Origin: Octopus sinensis
Lineage: Eukaryota
Assembly (NCBI RefSeq): GCF_006345805.1
Contig: NC_042998.1
Location: forward strand, 136,338,001 to 136,402,000
DNA length: 64,000 bases
Direction: 5' to 3'
The position numbers and the translations under genes are program-made. Numbering within the stretch: the stretch's first letter is position 1; every line of letters starts with the position of its first letter. Under the pieces are notes generated by a model that made no database searches, was not told the DNA's origin, and saw only the letters and a list, made by a program, of their open reading frames with translations. Of the stretch, positions 1 through 12,078 are shown one piece after another.

Positions 1-32
<32 letters not shown>

Positions 33-174
33 ACACACACACACACACAGATATGCACTATGTTGTCTGTCTATCCGCTAGTCTGTCTATTTGTCCTGTA
101 TCTCTTTCTCTCTCTGTCTTCATCTATCTTGCTAGCTCTATGCATGTATGTATGTATGTATGTCTATGTGCATG

Positions 175-205
<31 letters not shown>

Positions 206-211
206 TGTACA

Positions 212-246
<35 letters not shown>

Positions 247-258
247 TGTACATATCTA

Positions 259-338
<80 letters not shown>

Positions 339-486
339 CTATCTATTGTACATATCTATCTATCTGTCTATCTATCAATTTTGCTAGCTATCAGTCTATT
401 TGTCTGTCTGCCTGTCAGTCTGTCATTGTTTCTAAATATCTATCCATATTTATTTACATATCTGACTTTCTCTTTCTGTCTATCTG

Positions 487-579
<93 letters not shown>
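1..579. repeat. (CA)n then degenerate (TCTA)n microsatellite
   Basis: Direct reading; explains the IYLS-type ORFs here. Confidence 0.95.
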
Positions 580-580
<1 letters not shown>

Positions 581-1160
581 GTCAATATTGTCATGCCTCC
601 TTCCTTCAAACGGGAAGGAAGAGCTATTTTCATCATTGTTATGGCTATGGCGAAAGAATGTATCTGGTGGACACGTCTGAAAGGATTGGAGACAAACACT
701 TTCCTCTCTGGTCAATATCTCATCAACTTCTTCAAGTATCACTTGAAAAGGAAAGTGAGAGTAGAGAGGCAAATTTTGTCTAGCGAATGTTTCAAAAAAA
801 GATGGGTGAATGTAGCAAAGATGGCACATATGAATGATGATGTCCACCTTGAGCATAATCCTATGAATCCGGAAAAATTTAAAACAGAAGGTTACTTACA
901 TGCAAACAAATGTGCTAACATGTCACATTCTTGACCGAGGTTACTGTGGTCTTTTCCGTAGGCTTTTCTTTCCATGGATAAACCTTATCTGCTTCCCCCT
1001 TTACACTTTACATCATGGCATTTCTGTAAAACACGATCCCTATTGATCGTTTTTCTTTTGTTTTTTTTTCCCTTTTACGATCCCTTTTGATTGAAAACCA
1101 ACCACACTTTTTTTCTCCCCAAAAAGAAAAGCTCTACTTTGTAATCTGTCCCGTCTGAAC
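580..1160 (+). mobile_element. 3' end of ORF2 and 3' UTR of a Tx1/L1-like LINE (fragment)
   Basis: Non-repetitive end of ORF 53..934 (AKECIWWTRLKG...FFKYHLKRKVRVERQILSSECFKKRW) resembles the L1/Tx1 ORF2 C-terminus; a T-rich UTR-like stretch follows. Confidence 0.55.
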
Positions 1161-1164
1161 AGGG

Positions 1165-2608
1165 GCATGAATTACTTGAGCCCGAAAGGATGTGTGAGGC
1201 CTTTCAACAATACTTTACCTGACTGTTCGTGACAACTGGTGGGTCAGAATGCAAAGTGGACTTTAGTGCCTGCCTGCATAGCCTGCCATGACTCTTGGAA
1301 AGAGAGGCAGAGTGTTGTGAAAGACCCATCACAGCCTTGGACATACGGGATGTGATGGCAAGCTGCACAGGAGACAAGTCACCAGGTTTGGATGGTCTGC
1401 TCTACGAACTTTATTGTCTTATGCCAGACTTATTTAGAGGTGTCTTCGCAGCTGTCTACTGCAACTGGCAGCAAAAACGGGAGTATCCCCATTTCTGTAA
1501 AGTGAGGAGTGGTGGCACTGCTAAAGAAAGATCCAAACAAAGGGAACGTCATAGATAACTTCAGGCCCATCACTCTGCTCAACACAGATTTGAAGATTTT
1601 GACCAAGGTGTTAGCCGAGAGGTTGGCACTTTTCATCGGGAAACTGGTCGACAAGGCGCAAACGTATGCCGTGCCAGGTAGGAGTATCTATGACAACCTC
1701 CATCTGATGCACTACATCATAGATGGGGTAGTTAAAGAACCTGGCATGGGTGGGATGCTGATCAATTTGGATCAAGCAAAAGCTTTTGATAGGGTAGACA
1801 ATTGCTACTTGGAGGCTGTCCTCAGAGTGGCTGGTTTTGGTCCCGTGTTCCACGGTTGGATCACTGCCTTATACAGCAGCATCCGCTTGGTAGTTTGCGT
1901 AAATGGTCATCTGTCCAGACCATTTAACATCACACATTTGGTTCGTCAAGGATGCCCCCTCTTGTTGCTTCTGTACGTATTGACTCTTGAGCCACTACTG
2001 TGGAAACTGGCAATCTGAGGGGCATCCTGTGAGAGCTGAGATGTAGGAGGAGCATGTCTGCATATGCAGACAACATCACCGTCGTAGTGTTGAGCCACAG
2101 ACATATCGACCTGGTCAGCAAGACACTAAAAGAATACAAAGCGGTAACAGGGGCAAAAATTAACCAGGAAAAGTCAGTGGGCTTGCGTTTCGGCACCTGG
2201 AGAAGCAAGCCCATGCTATCCAACAGTGTCTTCATCATGAGATGCTGGACTGACGGACCAGTTAAATTGCTCAGAGTCTGGTTCGGTCTCGACCTCCAGA
2301 TAGAGAAGAACTTGGGCGAGATAACAACTAGGGTGGCCACTCTCACCCAGCAATGGGCTAAGAGGAAGCTCTCTCTAAAAGATTGGGTAGAGGTGGCGAA
2401 TACGTACATCGCATCCGTCATCAATTACCGTCTGACCATCATATCTTGTCCTGACTCTACCATCAACAAACTGGAATGCATATTCTGCTTTCTGTGGAAG
2501 GGAAGCATTCCGATGGTTAAGTAATCCATTTGCTGTCAATACCTGCTAAATGGAGGGCTGGGCATGCTGTGGTTGATGATGTGCATACATGCGCTGAGAC
2601 TGCAACAT
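1165..2608 (+). mobile_element. Tx1/L1-clade LINE reverse transcriptase, frameshifted remnant
   Basis: RT motifs across frames: KSPGLDGL, NFRPITLLNTDLKILTKVLA, LDQAKAFDRV, VRQGCPL, AYADN (YADD box), GAKINQEKS; stops and frameshifts between them. Confidence 0.9.
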
Positions 2609-2639
2609 ATATATATATATATGTATGTGTGTGTGTATA

Positions 2640-3602
2640 ATATATCAATTTAATACACAAAGAGAAAGATCTACTAATTGCTTGGAGAGACATGGTGTAT
2701 TTTGTAGATATTGCTTTTTCTAGTATCATAAAAGCATGAAACTATTAGTAACTCTTTTGGTATGTGTATCAAATTGATATTTCTTTCACTGGATGGAGTC
2801 ATAGTTTTGTTGATTCTGTCTGTATGGGATCTATCAACTAAATAATATATGATGGATTCTTTCATTTTACTGAATGAGGTTTCAGTAAAATAAAGCAGTA
2901 ATCATGTTCCATGGACACGCATGTGTCTCTTGAGGCCTGCTAGTGCCTTGCAAACCTTTTGGCAAATGGAACAAGTTAATGACTCAGTTTACTCAAGTGC
3001 TTGTGGATCATTTACTATGTGTTTTCTTGGGTGGCCGGCAAGGCCTGCTTTGTTCCATGCCACAAAATTGCAATAACAGGTAAGCTTTTCATTTAGAGGA
3101 GCAGCATTTTGCCAGCAAGCCTTCATACTTGCACAAAGTTGGTCCCAATACTGAAGTCAGCTCTGCTCAAATCTTTGAACTGAGGAGATGCAGGACTGAC
3201 ACCAGGTCCTGCATTCGGATGCTTTATTTTCCCAGGGTGGTTTTATCCTCCGGTTCAAGAGAGACAACCAGTCCTCATTAACGTTTTTATATGTTAAGAC
3301 TTAAATTTCAATTTATGAGCCTTTCCTCACGTCCGCAATGTAGAAAGTTAAAATTTTTTGTCTTTGTATAGAGTCTCACAAACAGTCCACAAGGCTTTGT
3401 GGATACAAAACCTTTGGTAACTCTATGTCCAAGATTTAAATTTTTGTTGCAATATATATCGTGGATTTCCACCCTGACATCCAAACCATGGAGTTTTATC
3501 ATGGCTACCGAATAATTGTCACATATTACATTTACAGATAAATTCCTCTATTTACATAATATTGAGGTCTCTTTCATTCTTTTGTTGTCTTACCATTTCT
3601 AT

Positions 3603-3605
<3 letters not shown>
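2640..3605 (+). other. Non-coding, hairpin-dense element bounded by TA/TG microsatellites
   Basis: More than 15 consecutive helices visible by eye, many with G-U pairs on the + strand; no credible ORF (see findings). Confidence 0.5.
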
Positions 3606-3637
<32 letters not shown>

Positions 3638-4151
3638 CACACACACACCACATGCACCCAATACACTCCAGCTTATTACACTTCCATCCATTACTGTCTT
3701 TATTCTTTATCTACCTCTATTATTGCTTGTCAATCCCTTCCCATCTTCACCCACCAAGGATTCTGTCCCTACCACCATACTCTTGCTACAGTGGAGAAAT
3801 ATAACATTGTGAGATCCCTTCTGTTCAGTGTCACTGAGGACTTACCGACCTTTCTAGTGTTGATGGCATGAAAAATGCTCTTAGTAATCTCTGGGAAGTG
3901 GTTGGTGGTATAAAGGGTATCCAACTGTGGAAATCAAGCCAAAATTACATGTACGAATATAAGACTTTGGGAGCAATGGTTCCCAATGAGAAATATCATT
4001 TGGATCATGATGACCAGTCCAATCCAATCCAGGCCAGCATGAAAAGTGGATGTAATGCTGCTGCTACTGTTGCTGCTGCTGATGATGATGGAATGGTATA
4101 GATATGTGTGTGTGCATGCATGTGTGCACATACATGTGTGTGGGGGGAGGG

Positions 4152-4183
<32 letters not shown>

Positions 4184-4255
4184 TGATTTCTTTAATCAAA
4201 ACTAAATCAAGTGCTTTTGTCTACAGATGAGTTTTGTGTGTTTGCGTATGTGCGC

Positions 4256-4287
<32 letters not shown>

Positions 4288-4972
4288 GTGTGCATGCCTG
4301 TTCGTGTGCATGTGTGTGCATGCCTGTTCGTGTGCGCGTGTGTGTGTGTAATTCTTGCAGTAAGACTTGACATAAGACCGATGAATTTCAGGTACCTAGT
4401 GTAGCATATACATACCTTTGGATCTGGAGACATTCATTGCTATGTTGTTATTCCAGCAGTAACAGCTGTTGAGTCATACTGCACGAGTCATGAGTCATAT
4501 GGCTTGCATAAATTTCCTGTCACTCAAATTTTCATGGGATGAACTGAACATAATTTCCATTAGGATCCTTACTTTAGTGGCAGTGATTCAAATAATTTAC
4601 TTTCATTGTCAATGCATAATGTTTTCCTACAAATACCTTTCTAGTCTCCAGTGGAGGATTTGTTTGGGTATCTTATGCCATCCGAGGCACTCTGTGACTG
4701 ATTATCTGGACTGAGGTTTCATTAAGCTTTAGCTTTCACTTTGTTTTTACTGTGTATGTTCAACAAGGATGCATCTTCCTTGTGTTGCTACTCAATGAAA
4801 GGCTGCAAGTGGGGCAAATACCACCCATTTTAACAACCCCCATTCGGTTCTGGAGTGTCTGTAACAGAGTTGTAAGCATTCTAGTTTTCTTTCTAGCCAC
4901 ATTTTTCCTGTAGACATTAACCAGCTATGTTATACACACACACACACACACGTATATATATATACATATATA

Positions 4973-5130
4973 TGACGGGCTTCTTTCAGTTTCCATCTAC
5001 CAAATCCACTCACAAGGCTTTGGTCGGCCCGAGGCTATAGCAGAAGACACTTGCCCAAGGTGCCGCGCAGTGGGACTGAACCCGGAATCATGTGGTTCAT
5101 AAGCAAGCTACTTACCACACAGCCACTCCT
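4973..5130 (-). mobile_element. tRNA-derived SINE, 5' half (family A)
   Basis: Reverse complement of the AGGAGTGGCTGTGTGGTAAG...GGTTCAGTCCC head seen at 30292. Confidence 0.85.
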
Positions 5131-6900
5131 ATGTACATATCTCACTAAACAGCAGGGTGAGTTTCATTTAAGCCATTAGTCCTCAACCTTTTCTATGGCT
5201 CCTACCCCTCGGAAATATTTGACTTATTTTTGCATCCATTCAAAGTAATATCAAGTATGAATATGGGAATGTTAATGTTTTAATAATTTTTTTTTTTTTA
5301 AACTAAGTTAAAGACACCTGTTGTGTGTGTGTGTTTTTGTGCCTGTATTTGTCTCCCACCACCGCTTGACAAGTGTTGGTGTGTTTGCATCCCTGTACCT
5401 AGCAGTTTAGCAAAAAGAGACCAATAGAATAGGTACTAGGCTTTACAAAAAAAAAAAAAAAAATACCAGGGTTGATACATTCAACTAAAGTTTTTCAAGG
5501 TGGTGCCCCAGCACGGCCACAGTCTAGTGACTGAAACAATAAAAGATAACAGATATTGAACTACATAGAGTGAGTGAACAAGTTGAACTCAAAAAATTAA
5601 CTTTCAACTTCACAAATGAATAATTGAGCAATTAAAAATGAAATTTGCAAACAGGGAAATCAACTACAATTGAGGATGTGAAATTCAATAACTTCTTCCT
5701 CTGTTCCTGCTTTCTATTCAAGATTCTGTTAAAACAGGGATCTTTCTTGTTGGTTTCAATTAATTGGGTCTACCTGTAGATTCAGGTGATTTCAACATTT
5801 TGCCATGATGGATAAAAGAGGACTAAATCTAGATTTACACAAGAATGTCATTGTAAATGGAATGAGGATGCCAGTTGCTGTGATCGTGGTGGTGGTGGTG
5901 GTGGCAGTGGTGGTGGTGCTGCTTGTTCTGGTTCTAGCTGTTATGGTCATGCTGGTGAAGATGAAGCTGATGATGATGATGATGATGAGGAGGAGGAGGA
6001 GGAGGAGGAGGAGGAGCAGGAAACATAACAGTTCTATGCAACCATTGGTCAATAGTTTGTTTCAATGCCGGCACACTTACTTTCTGCTGAGAGATTGTCT
6101 TTGCCACTTGGCAGTAAGAATTTGGCTCATACTTCTCTTGGAACATTTACTAATTGTTCTCAAGACACAATTGAAATTCTCAGTTCAGCTCAATGCTTTG
6201 TATTGCTCTTTGAAATTCTCGCTATCAATTTGCTGTCTGTTAATACTACAAAAGTGATGCTTCTTGATCAGTGGCCATAGACAGACTTTTCTATTTCTCT
6301 TTGCTTATAAACAGGATGCATTATTACTTTAACATATGATTTTCAAATTTATCACCATCATCATCATCATTTTAGCAACTACTTTTCCATCCTCACAGGG
6401 GTTGGACAGAATTTGTTGAGGCTTGTTTGTAAGCAAGGTAATATTCTTTCATAGAGACAGGTTTTCATGGAAGATAAGAAACAAAGGACACTGCTTGCAT
6501 GATGAGGGGAAGGGTGGTTGTTTTACATCTGTTCCATAAAGTAAAGGCAAGGAGACAGTGATATACACATACACAGATATACACTCACACACACACACAC
6601 ACAAACACATATATATATAATTATAATTAGGGTTCAGCTAACTGCTTCACCACATACTGAAATTAGAGATAGGAGTTAAAAATTCCTTTTCTACTGTTAT
6701 ATGTGGATTATTTTACCTATAAAGGTTATTTTAATGTACCGATCTACTTGGTAAAATTGTTAATTAATTGATTAATTAATTAATTAATCTAATTAATAAA
6801 TGTTACCCTTCTATTATCAATTTTAAATTATATATGTGTGTGTGTGTATGTGTGTGTGTGTGTGTGCGTGTGCATGTGTATTACATATGTACATATATAT

Positions 6901-7295
6901 CTTTTATCTTTTACTTGCTTCAGTCATTAGACTGTGGCCATGCTGGGGCACCACCTTGAAGAATTGTTAGTTGAATGAACTGACCCCAGTACTTATTCTT
7001 TTTTTAAAGCCTGGTACTTATTCTGTCGTCCCTTTTTCCAAACCAATAAGTTACGGGGACATAAGCACACCAACACAGGTTGTCAAGGAGTGGTAGGGGA
7101 CAAACACAGACAGACAAACATACACACACGCACATACACAATGGGCTTCTTTCAGTTTCCATCTACTAAATCCACTCACAAGGCCTTGGTCAGCCTGAGG
7201 CTATGGGAGAAGATACTTGCCCAAGGTGCCAAACAGTGGGACTGAATCCAGAACCATGTGGTTGGGAAGCAAGCTTCTTACCACACAACCATGCC
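6901..7295 (-). mobile_element. tRNA-derived SINE, near full length (family A)
   Basis: Both halves match 30292-30704 in reverse, with an internal (CA)n. Confidence 0.85.
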
Positions 7296-7304
7296 TTTGA
7301 CAAT

Positions 7305-7409
7305 AAAAATATATGAAACACTTCATAAATTTGTGTGTCATCCTTGTGCAGGGGCCAGGCTAATATTCTCTTTATTGTTCCAATTTTAGTATATGTACTG
7401 CTAAAACAA

Positions 7410-7412
<3 letters not shown>
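7305..7412 (-). pseudogene. U6: U6 snRNA pseudogene
   Basis: Reverse complement follows U6 end to end (ACATATACTAAAATTGGAAC...GAGAATATTAGCCTGGCCCCTGCACAAGGATGACAC...ATATTTTT). The ACAGAGA box reads AAAGAGA and the CpGs have decayed. Confidence 0.9.
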
Positions 7413-7444
<32 letters not shown>

Positions 7445-7974
7445 TGAACATACAGAGACATGTGGTCAGAAAATGTTTTTAATTTTTCCTTTCCACAAAC
7501 TACATGACACAAACGAGGTTGGAAGAAAGATAAAAGAAAAATGGTTCATTAATATGTTCAAACTTGTTCTGAATGGAAGTAACTGCAATAATATAACAAT
7601 CAGTTAATGATGTGGATTAATAAATATAAACAAGTTACAGAATATTAGTACGCTTGGCAAACCATGATGTTTAAGAGCATGGGGATTGGTCAAAAAGGTA
7701 TTCTAAAAATTCAATTGGTTGGAGCATTTTAAGAAGTTCTAAAGTTGTCAAAAACTCAACTGTCAATTAAACACGTTTGAAATCTAATGAGTACACTATG
7801 TATGAAAGTGGTAATTTAACTTTATGAGCATCACAAAATAATTTTTTAATGTTAAAATACCTTAATAAAAAACGTGAGAACCAGACCATGTTTTAACTTT
7901 ATTCAACTGATATGTATGTATATATATATATATATACACACACACATATATATATATATATCAGTTGAATAAAG

Positions 7975-8005
<31 letters not shown>

Positions 8006-8008
<3 letters not shown>

Positions 8009-8867
8009 GGCGCGATGGGTAAATTGTCACCATTTATATTTTTAATTTTGCATATGCATATTGTTTGTTTTTGATTTTGTCGACTACACAGTATAGTAAG
8101 GCTAGTTAGACACTGTCTTTGAGAGAAACAACACCTTGATGCAATTAGCTCTGCCAGAAAATTGGAAATGACATGCTGTACTGCTTGGCATTTGTGCCAG
8201 AAGCTCCTATACAAACATTTCAGAGTGTTGGGTGTCAATCTCAATCACTAAAACATGTACCAAGAGTGATAAAAATCACACATCCAGTCAACATCATGGT
8301 GTTTGGAGTGATCACTAGTGACAGCGACGTTATGCCTCCATTCATCTTCCCACATGGCCTCACACTCAACACAGAGGCCTACATTAAGTGCTTGGAGGAG
8401 GTAGTGCTGCCCTGGGTCAAGAGGCTGACTGCTGGATAACCCTACGTCTGGCAAAAGGATTCTGCACTATGCCACGCAAGCAGAAGAACCCAGTCATGGC
8501 TGTCAGACAATTTCTGCGACCACATCACACCTAACATCTGGCCACCTAACTCCCCAGACTGCAACCCTCTTGATTATTATTACTATTAAGCAAGAGACCA
8601 ACAAAACTCTTTCTAACACCAAAGATGAAATGAAGGCAAGGATTATGGCAGCATTCACCAACTTAAAAACCGTCCAAAAGAGCCGCAGGAGATTCTGAAG
8701 TCGTCTGGAAGCCATGGTTGAAGCCAATGGCGATTTTATTGAATAAATTTACTCTTTAGTATTTCAAAGTATTTTTATGTAATTTTGATAAATATTTGAT
8801 AAAACGAGATGTCAGTGTTGTTTTCCTTTTTGCATAATTTAGATGACAGTTTATTCACTGCACCCTG
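8006..8867 (+). mobile_element. Tc1/mariner maT (DD37D) transposon, internally deleted
   Basis: Imperfect TIRs CAGGGCGCGATGGGTAAATTGTCA / TGACAGTTTATTCACTGCACCCTG. Remnant MVFGVITSD...WQKD-(37 aa)-PLDY with WPPNSPDCNP; in-frame stop at 8437. Confidence 0.85.
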
Positions 8868-8877
8868 CTTATATATA

Positions 8878-9990
8878 TCATCATCATCATCATCATCGTT
8901 TAACATCTGCTTTCTGTGCTAGCATGGGTTGAACGGTTCAACCGGGGTCTAGGAAGCCAGGAGGCTGCACCAGGCTCCAGTCTGATCTGGCAGTGTCCAT
9001 GATCAGTTGGTGCTTTTTATATGCCACCGGTACAGACACCAGTCAAGGTGGCACTGGCATCGGCCACGTTTGGATGGTGCTTTTTACATGCCAACTACAA
9101 TTTCCATTTGATATTTATTTTGATGTTGATGTACTTGTCTCAATAGGTCTCCTCAAGCACAGCAGGTCACCCTACAATCCAAGGTAAGCACAGCAGGTCG
9201 TTCTGCAATCCAAGGTACTTTGGATGGGCTGGGGCTGCTATGCGAAACTGGTGCAGAAAACAGACATGAACTCATGTTATTTGTCGGGTCTTCACAGTCA
9301 CAGCATATCTCCAGAGATACATGCTGTATATATATCATCATCATCATTATCATCGTTTAACGTCCGTTCTCCATGCTAGCATGGGTTGGACGGTTCGACC
9401 GGGGATCTGGGAAGCCAGAAGGCTGCACCAGGCTCCGGTCTTATCTGGCAATGTTTCTACAGCTGGATGCCCTTCCTAACGCCAACCACTCCGTGAGTGT
9501 AGTGGGTGCTTTTTATGTGCCACCTGCACTGGTGCCAGGCGAGGCTGGCATCGGCCACGGTCGGATTGGTGCATTTTATGTGCCACCTGCACGGAAGCCA
9601 GTCAAGGCGGCACTGGCTTCGGCCACGATTCGGATGGTGCTTTTTACGTGCCACCGACACGGAAGCCAGTCGAGGCGGCGCTGGCATCGGCCACGATTCG
9701 GATAGTGCTTTTTACGTATCTCCAGTCCAGGGGTCCTGGCATCTGCCGGGTGCCAGTCATAGGATTGGTTCAATTTTGATTCCGATTTCACTTGCCCCAA
9801 CAGGTCTTCGCAAGCAAAGGGGGGTTGGCATAGGTGCCTGTCGTCGGATGAGGTTCGATATCGACTTCGCTTGCCTCAACAGGTCTTTGTGTGTCCAAGG
9901 GAGGAAAGGCATGCATAAGTGGGCTTGACTCACTTGTCCTGCCTGGTCTTTTCACACACAGCATATTTCCAAAGGTCTCGGTCAGAAATA
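8878..9990 (-). mobile_element. RTE-tailed SINE/LINE 3' ends (two nested copies) with internal ~70-bp tandem repeats
   Basis: (CAT)n tails at 8878 and 9337; GGATGCCCTTCCTAACGCCAAC motif; three GTGCTTTTTAYGTGCCACC...GGCCACG units at 9505-9720. Confidence 0.75.
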
Positions 9991-10056
9991 TATATATATA
10001 TACACACACATATATGAGAGATAGGTAGATATAGATAGATAGATAAATAGATAAAG

Positions 10057-10084
<28 letters not shown>

Positions 10085-10087
<3 letters not shown>

Positions 10088-10410
10088 AGTGGTTATAGCA
10101 CTGGGCTCACAATTATGAGGTAGTGAGCTTGATTCCTGGACCAGGCTGTGTGTTGTGCTCTTAAGCAATACACTTATTTCCCGTTGTTCCAGTTCACTCA
10201 GCTGTGGAAATAAGTGGCAACATCACTGGTACCAAGCTGTATTGGCCTCTATCTTACCCTTGGATAACATCAGTGGCATGGAGAGGGGAGGCCAGTATGC
10301 ATGAGTGACTACTGGTCTTAGATAAACAACTTTGCCTGGACTTGTATTTTGGAGGGTAACTTTCTAGGTGCAATCTCATGGTCATTCATAACCAAAGGGG
10401 ATCTTTACCT
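10085..10410 (+). mobile_element. tRNA-derived SINE (family C)
   Basis: A-box-like CTCAGTGGTTATAGC and degenerate B-box-like GCTTGATTCC; related heads at 46130 and 60080. Confidence 0.6.
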
Positions 10411-10539
10411 CTTTATATATATATTTATATATATATTTATATATATATATATACACACGTATATTTATATATATATATATACACACGTATATTTATATAT
10501 ATATTTATATATATATATATACACACGTGCACACACACA

Positions 10540-11045
10540 TATCATCATTATCATCATCCTCATCAGTGTTTCAAATTTGGGTTTTGTCCCTGTTAACAGG
10601 GGTAGCCGGATCTACTTCAATGCCATAGCAACTGCCCTCACACCATCTTCACCATCTCACCATCTTGCCCAGTTTTGGGCAACCTCCTTTTTCAAACCAA
10701 CTCTCCCAATCTCCTCCTCCACCTGTCCCCTACACCTTTTCCTCGGTCTACCTTGCTTTCGTGCTCCATTTACCTCAAACGCAATCATCCTCCTCAGAAC
10801 ATGCTCTTCATCCCTCCTCAATACATGCCCATACCACCTCACTCCATTTGCCCTTGCCAACCATTCCACCAATTCCTCCAACTCCAGCATTCCCATCAAA
10901 TCCTCTGTCCTCTTATCAAACAGCTTCACCCCACACATTTCTCTCACCATTGCTCTCTCAGTCCTTCTCAAAATTACCATCTCTCTTTTCCCCAGACACC
11001 ATATCTCACTCTCATACAGCATTGCAGTTCTCACACAACTCTTAT
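10540..11045 (-). mobile_element. RTE-clade LINE 3' fragment
   Basis: ORF 10657..11160 has CVRTAMLYESEIW, ERAMVREMCGV, RWYGHVLRR and GRPRKR; (GAT)n tail. Confidence 0.85.
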
Positions 11046-11468
11046 TTATATATAAAGAGACAGTGAGAGAGAGCGAGAGAGAGCATGCTTCTTTCAGTTT
11101 CTGTCTACCAAATACTCTCTTCCAAGGATGTGGCTGGCTCAGAGTTTTAGCAGAAGACATTTGTCAAGGGTGACATGTGGTGGAATTGAACCCCAAACCA
11201 CATGGCTGGAAAGCAAAATTTTTGACCACACAGTGATGCTTGCACCTTTTGTGAATTGAAAAATATATTCTCAATCAAATAAGATATTCTACATTTCCAA
11301 TTTCTTTTCTTTCCAATTTTCTGTCATCTTATATTGAACACTTGTTATTAATATTAATTTCCCATGATGCTGAATTGACACTTTTGTCTATTATTAGCAA
11401 TCAAGTCTGTGATTTAGTATGAATAGTATGAATTAGCTATCTGTCAGACGATATATATGTATATATAT

Positions 11469-11540
11469 GAGGGGGTGCTGAAAAGTTCCTGGCTTTGGGT
11501 AAAAGAAAATACAGGAGGATCGGTTAATTATGATTTTATA
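11469..11540 (-). mobile_element. mariner terminal fragment
   Basis: TA-TGAGGGGGTGCTGAAAAGTTC TIR-like end; a longer related fragment lies at 12255-12385. Confidence 0.55.
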
Positions 11541-11776
11541 TATTCTTTTATTCTTCAATTTGTTTCAGTCATTTGACTGCAGCCATGCTGGAGCACCACC
11601 TTTATTCAAACAAATCGACCCTATGACTTATTCTTTGTAAGCCTAATACTTATTCTATCAGTTTCTTTTGCCAAACTGCTAAGTTACGGGGACATGAACA
11701 CACCAGCATTGGTTGTCAAGCAATAGGAGGGGGGACAAACATAGACACACAAACATATATGCATACATATATATAT

Positions 11777-11951
11777 ATTAGAAATATTGAATTTCTGAAT
11801 GTCTCAGAGAGACATGAGCGGTGGTGGGGCGATAGCGGTGGTGTGATTCCCTTTATGGGACTGTCATGTTGTGTTGACAGTATACAACCACTATATCACC
11901 CCACCACTGCACATGTCTCTCTGAGACATTTAGAAATTCAATATTTCTAAT
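11777..11951. repeat. Inverted repeat, ~65-bp arms
   Basis: ATTAGAAATATTGAATTTCTGAATGTCTCAGAGAGACATG (11777-) is the reverse complement of 11912-11951 with one mismatch; the match extends to 11843/11888. Confidence 0.9.
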
Positions 11952-12036
11952 TTTGGTAACCAGTGAATAAATTTCACTGAAAATATTATATATTTGCAAA
12001 GAGGTTGCAGCCATCTCAGGTAGCAGGACTTACTAC

Positions 12037-12078
12037 CCTGGACTGATGACGGGCAAGACCCAGAAACATGTCCCCAGG
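12037..12078 (+). ncRNA. Minimal type I hammerhead ribozyme motif
   Basis: Stem I CCTGG/CCAGG; CTGATGA 12043-49; stem II GGG/CCC; GAAA 12063-66; palindromic ACATGT stem III; GUC triplet. Two closing mismatches. Confidence 0.7.

Noticed and set aside
53-680. Long ORFs of 206-293 aa
   Set aside because: Translation of (TCTA)n; only the end overlaps LINE sequence.
3180-3220. CTGAGGA followed by a strong hairpin as a hammerhead
   Set aside because: No GAAA after the hairpin, and TGAGGA pairs with TCCTC at 3246; treated as part of the larger fold.
3099-3270. Group I intron core (P3/P7-like crossing helices)
   Set aside because: No recognisable P, Q, R or S consensus or G-binding site; only the topology is suggestive.
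5792-6280. ORFs with poly-Pro/His/Glu/Arg runs as a host exon
   Set aside because: Driven by trinucleotide repeats, with stops nearby in each frame and no recognisable domain or splice partners.
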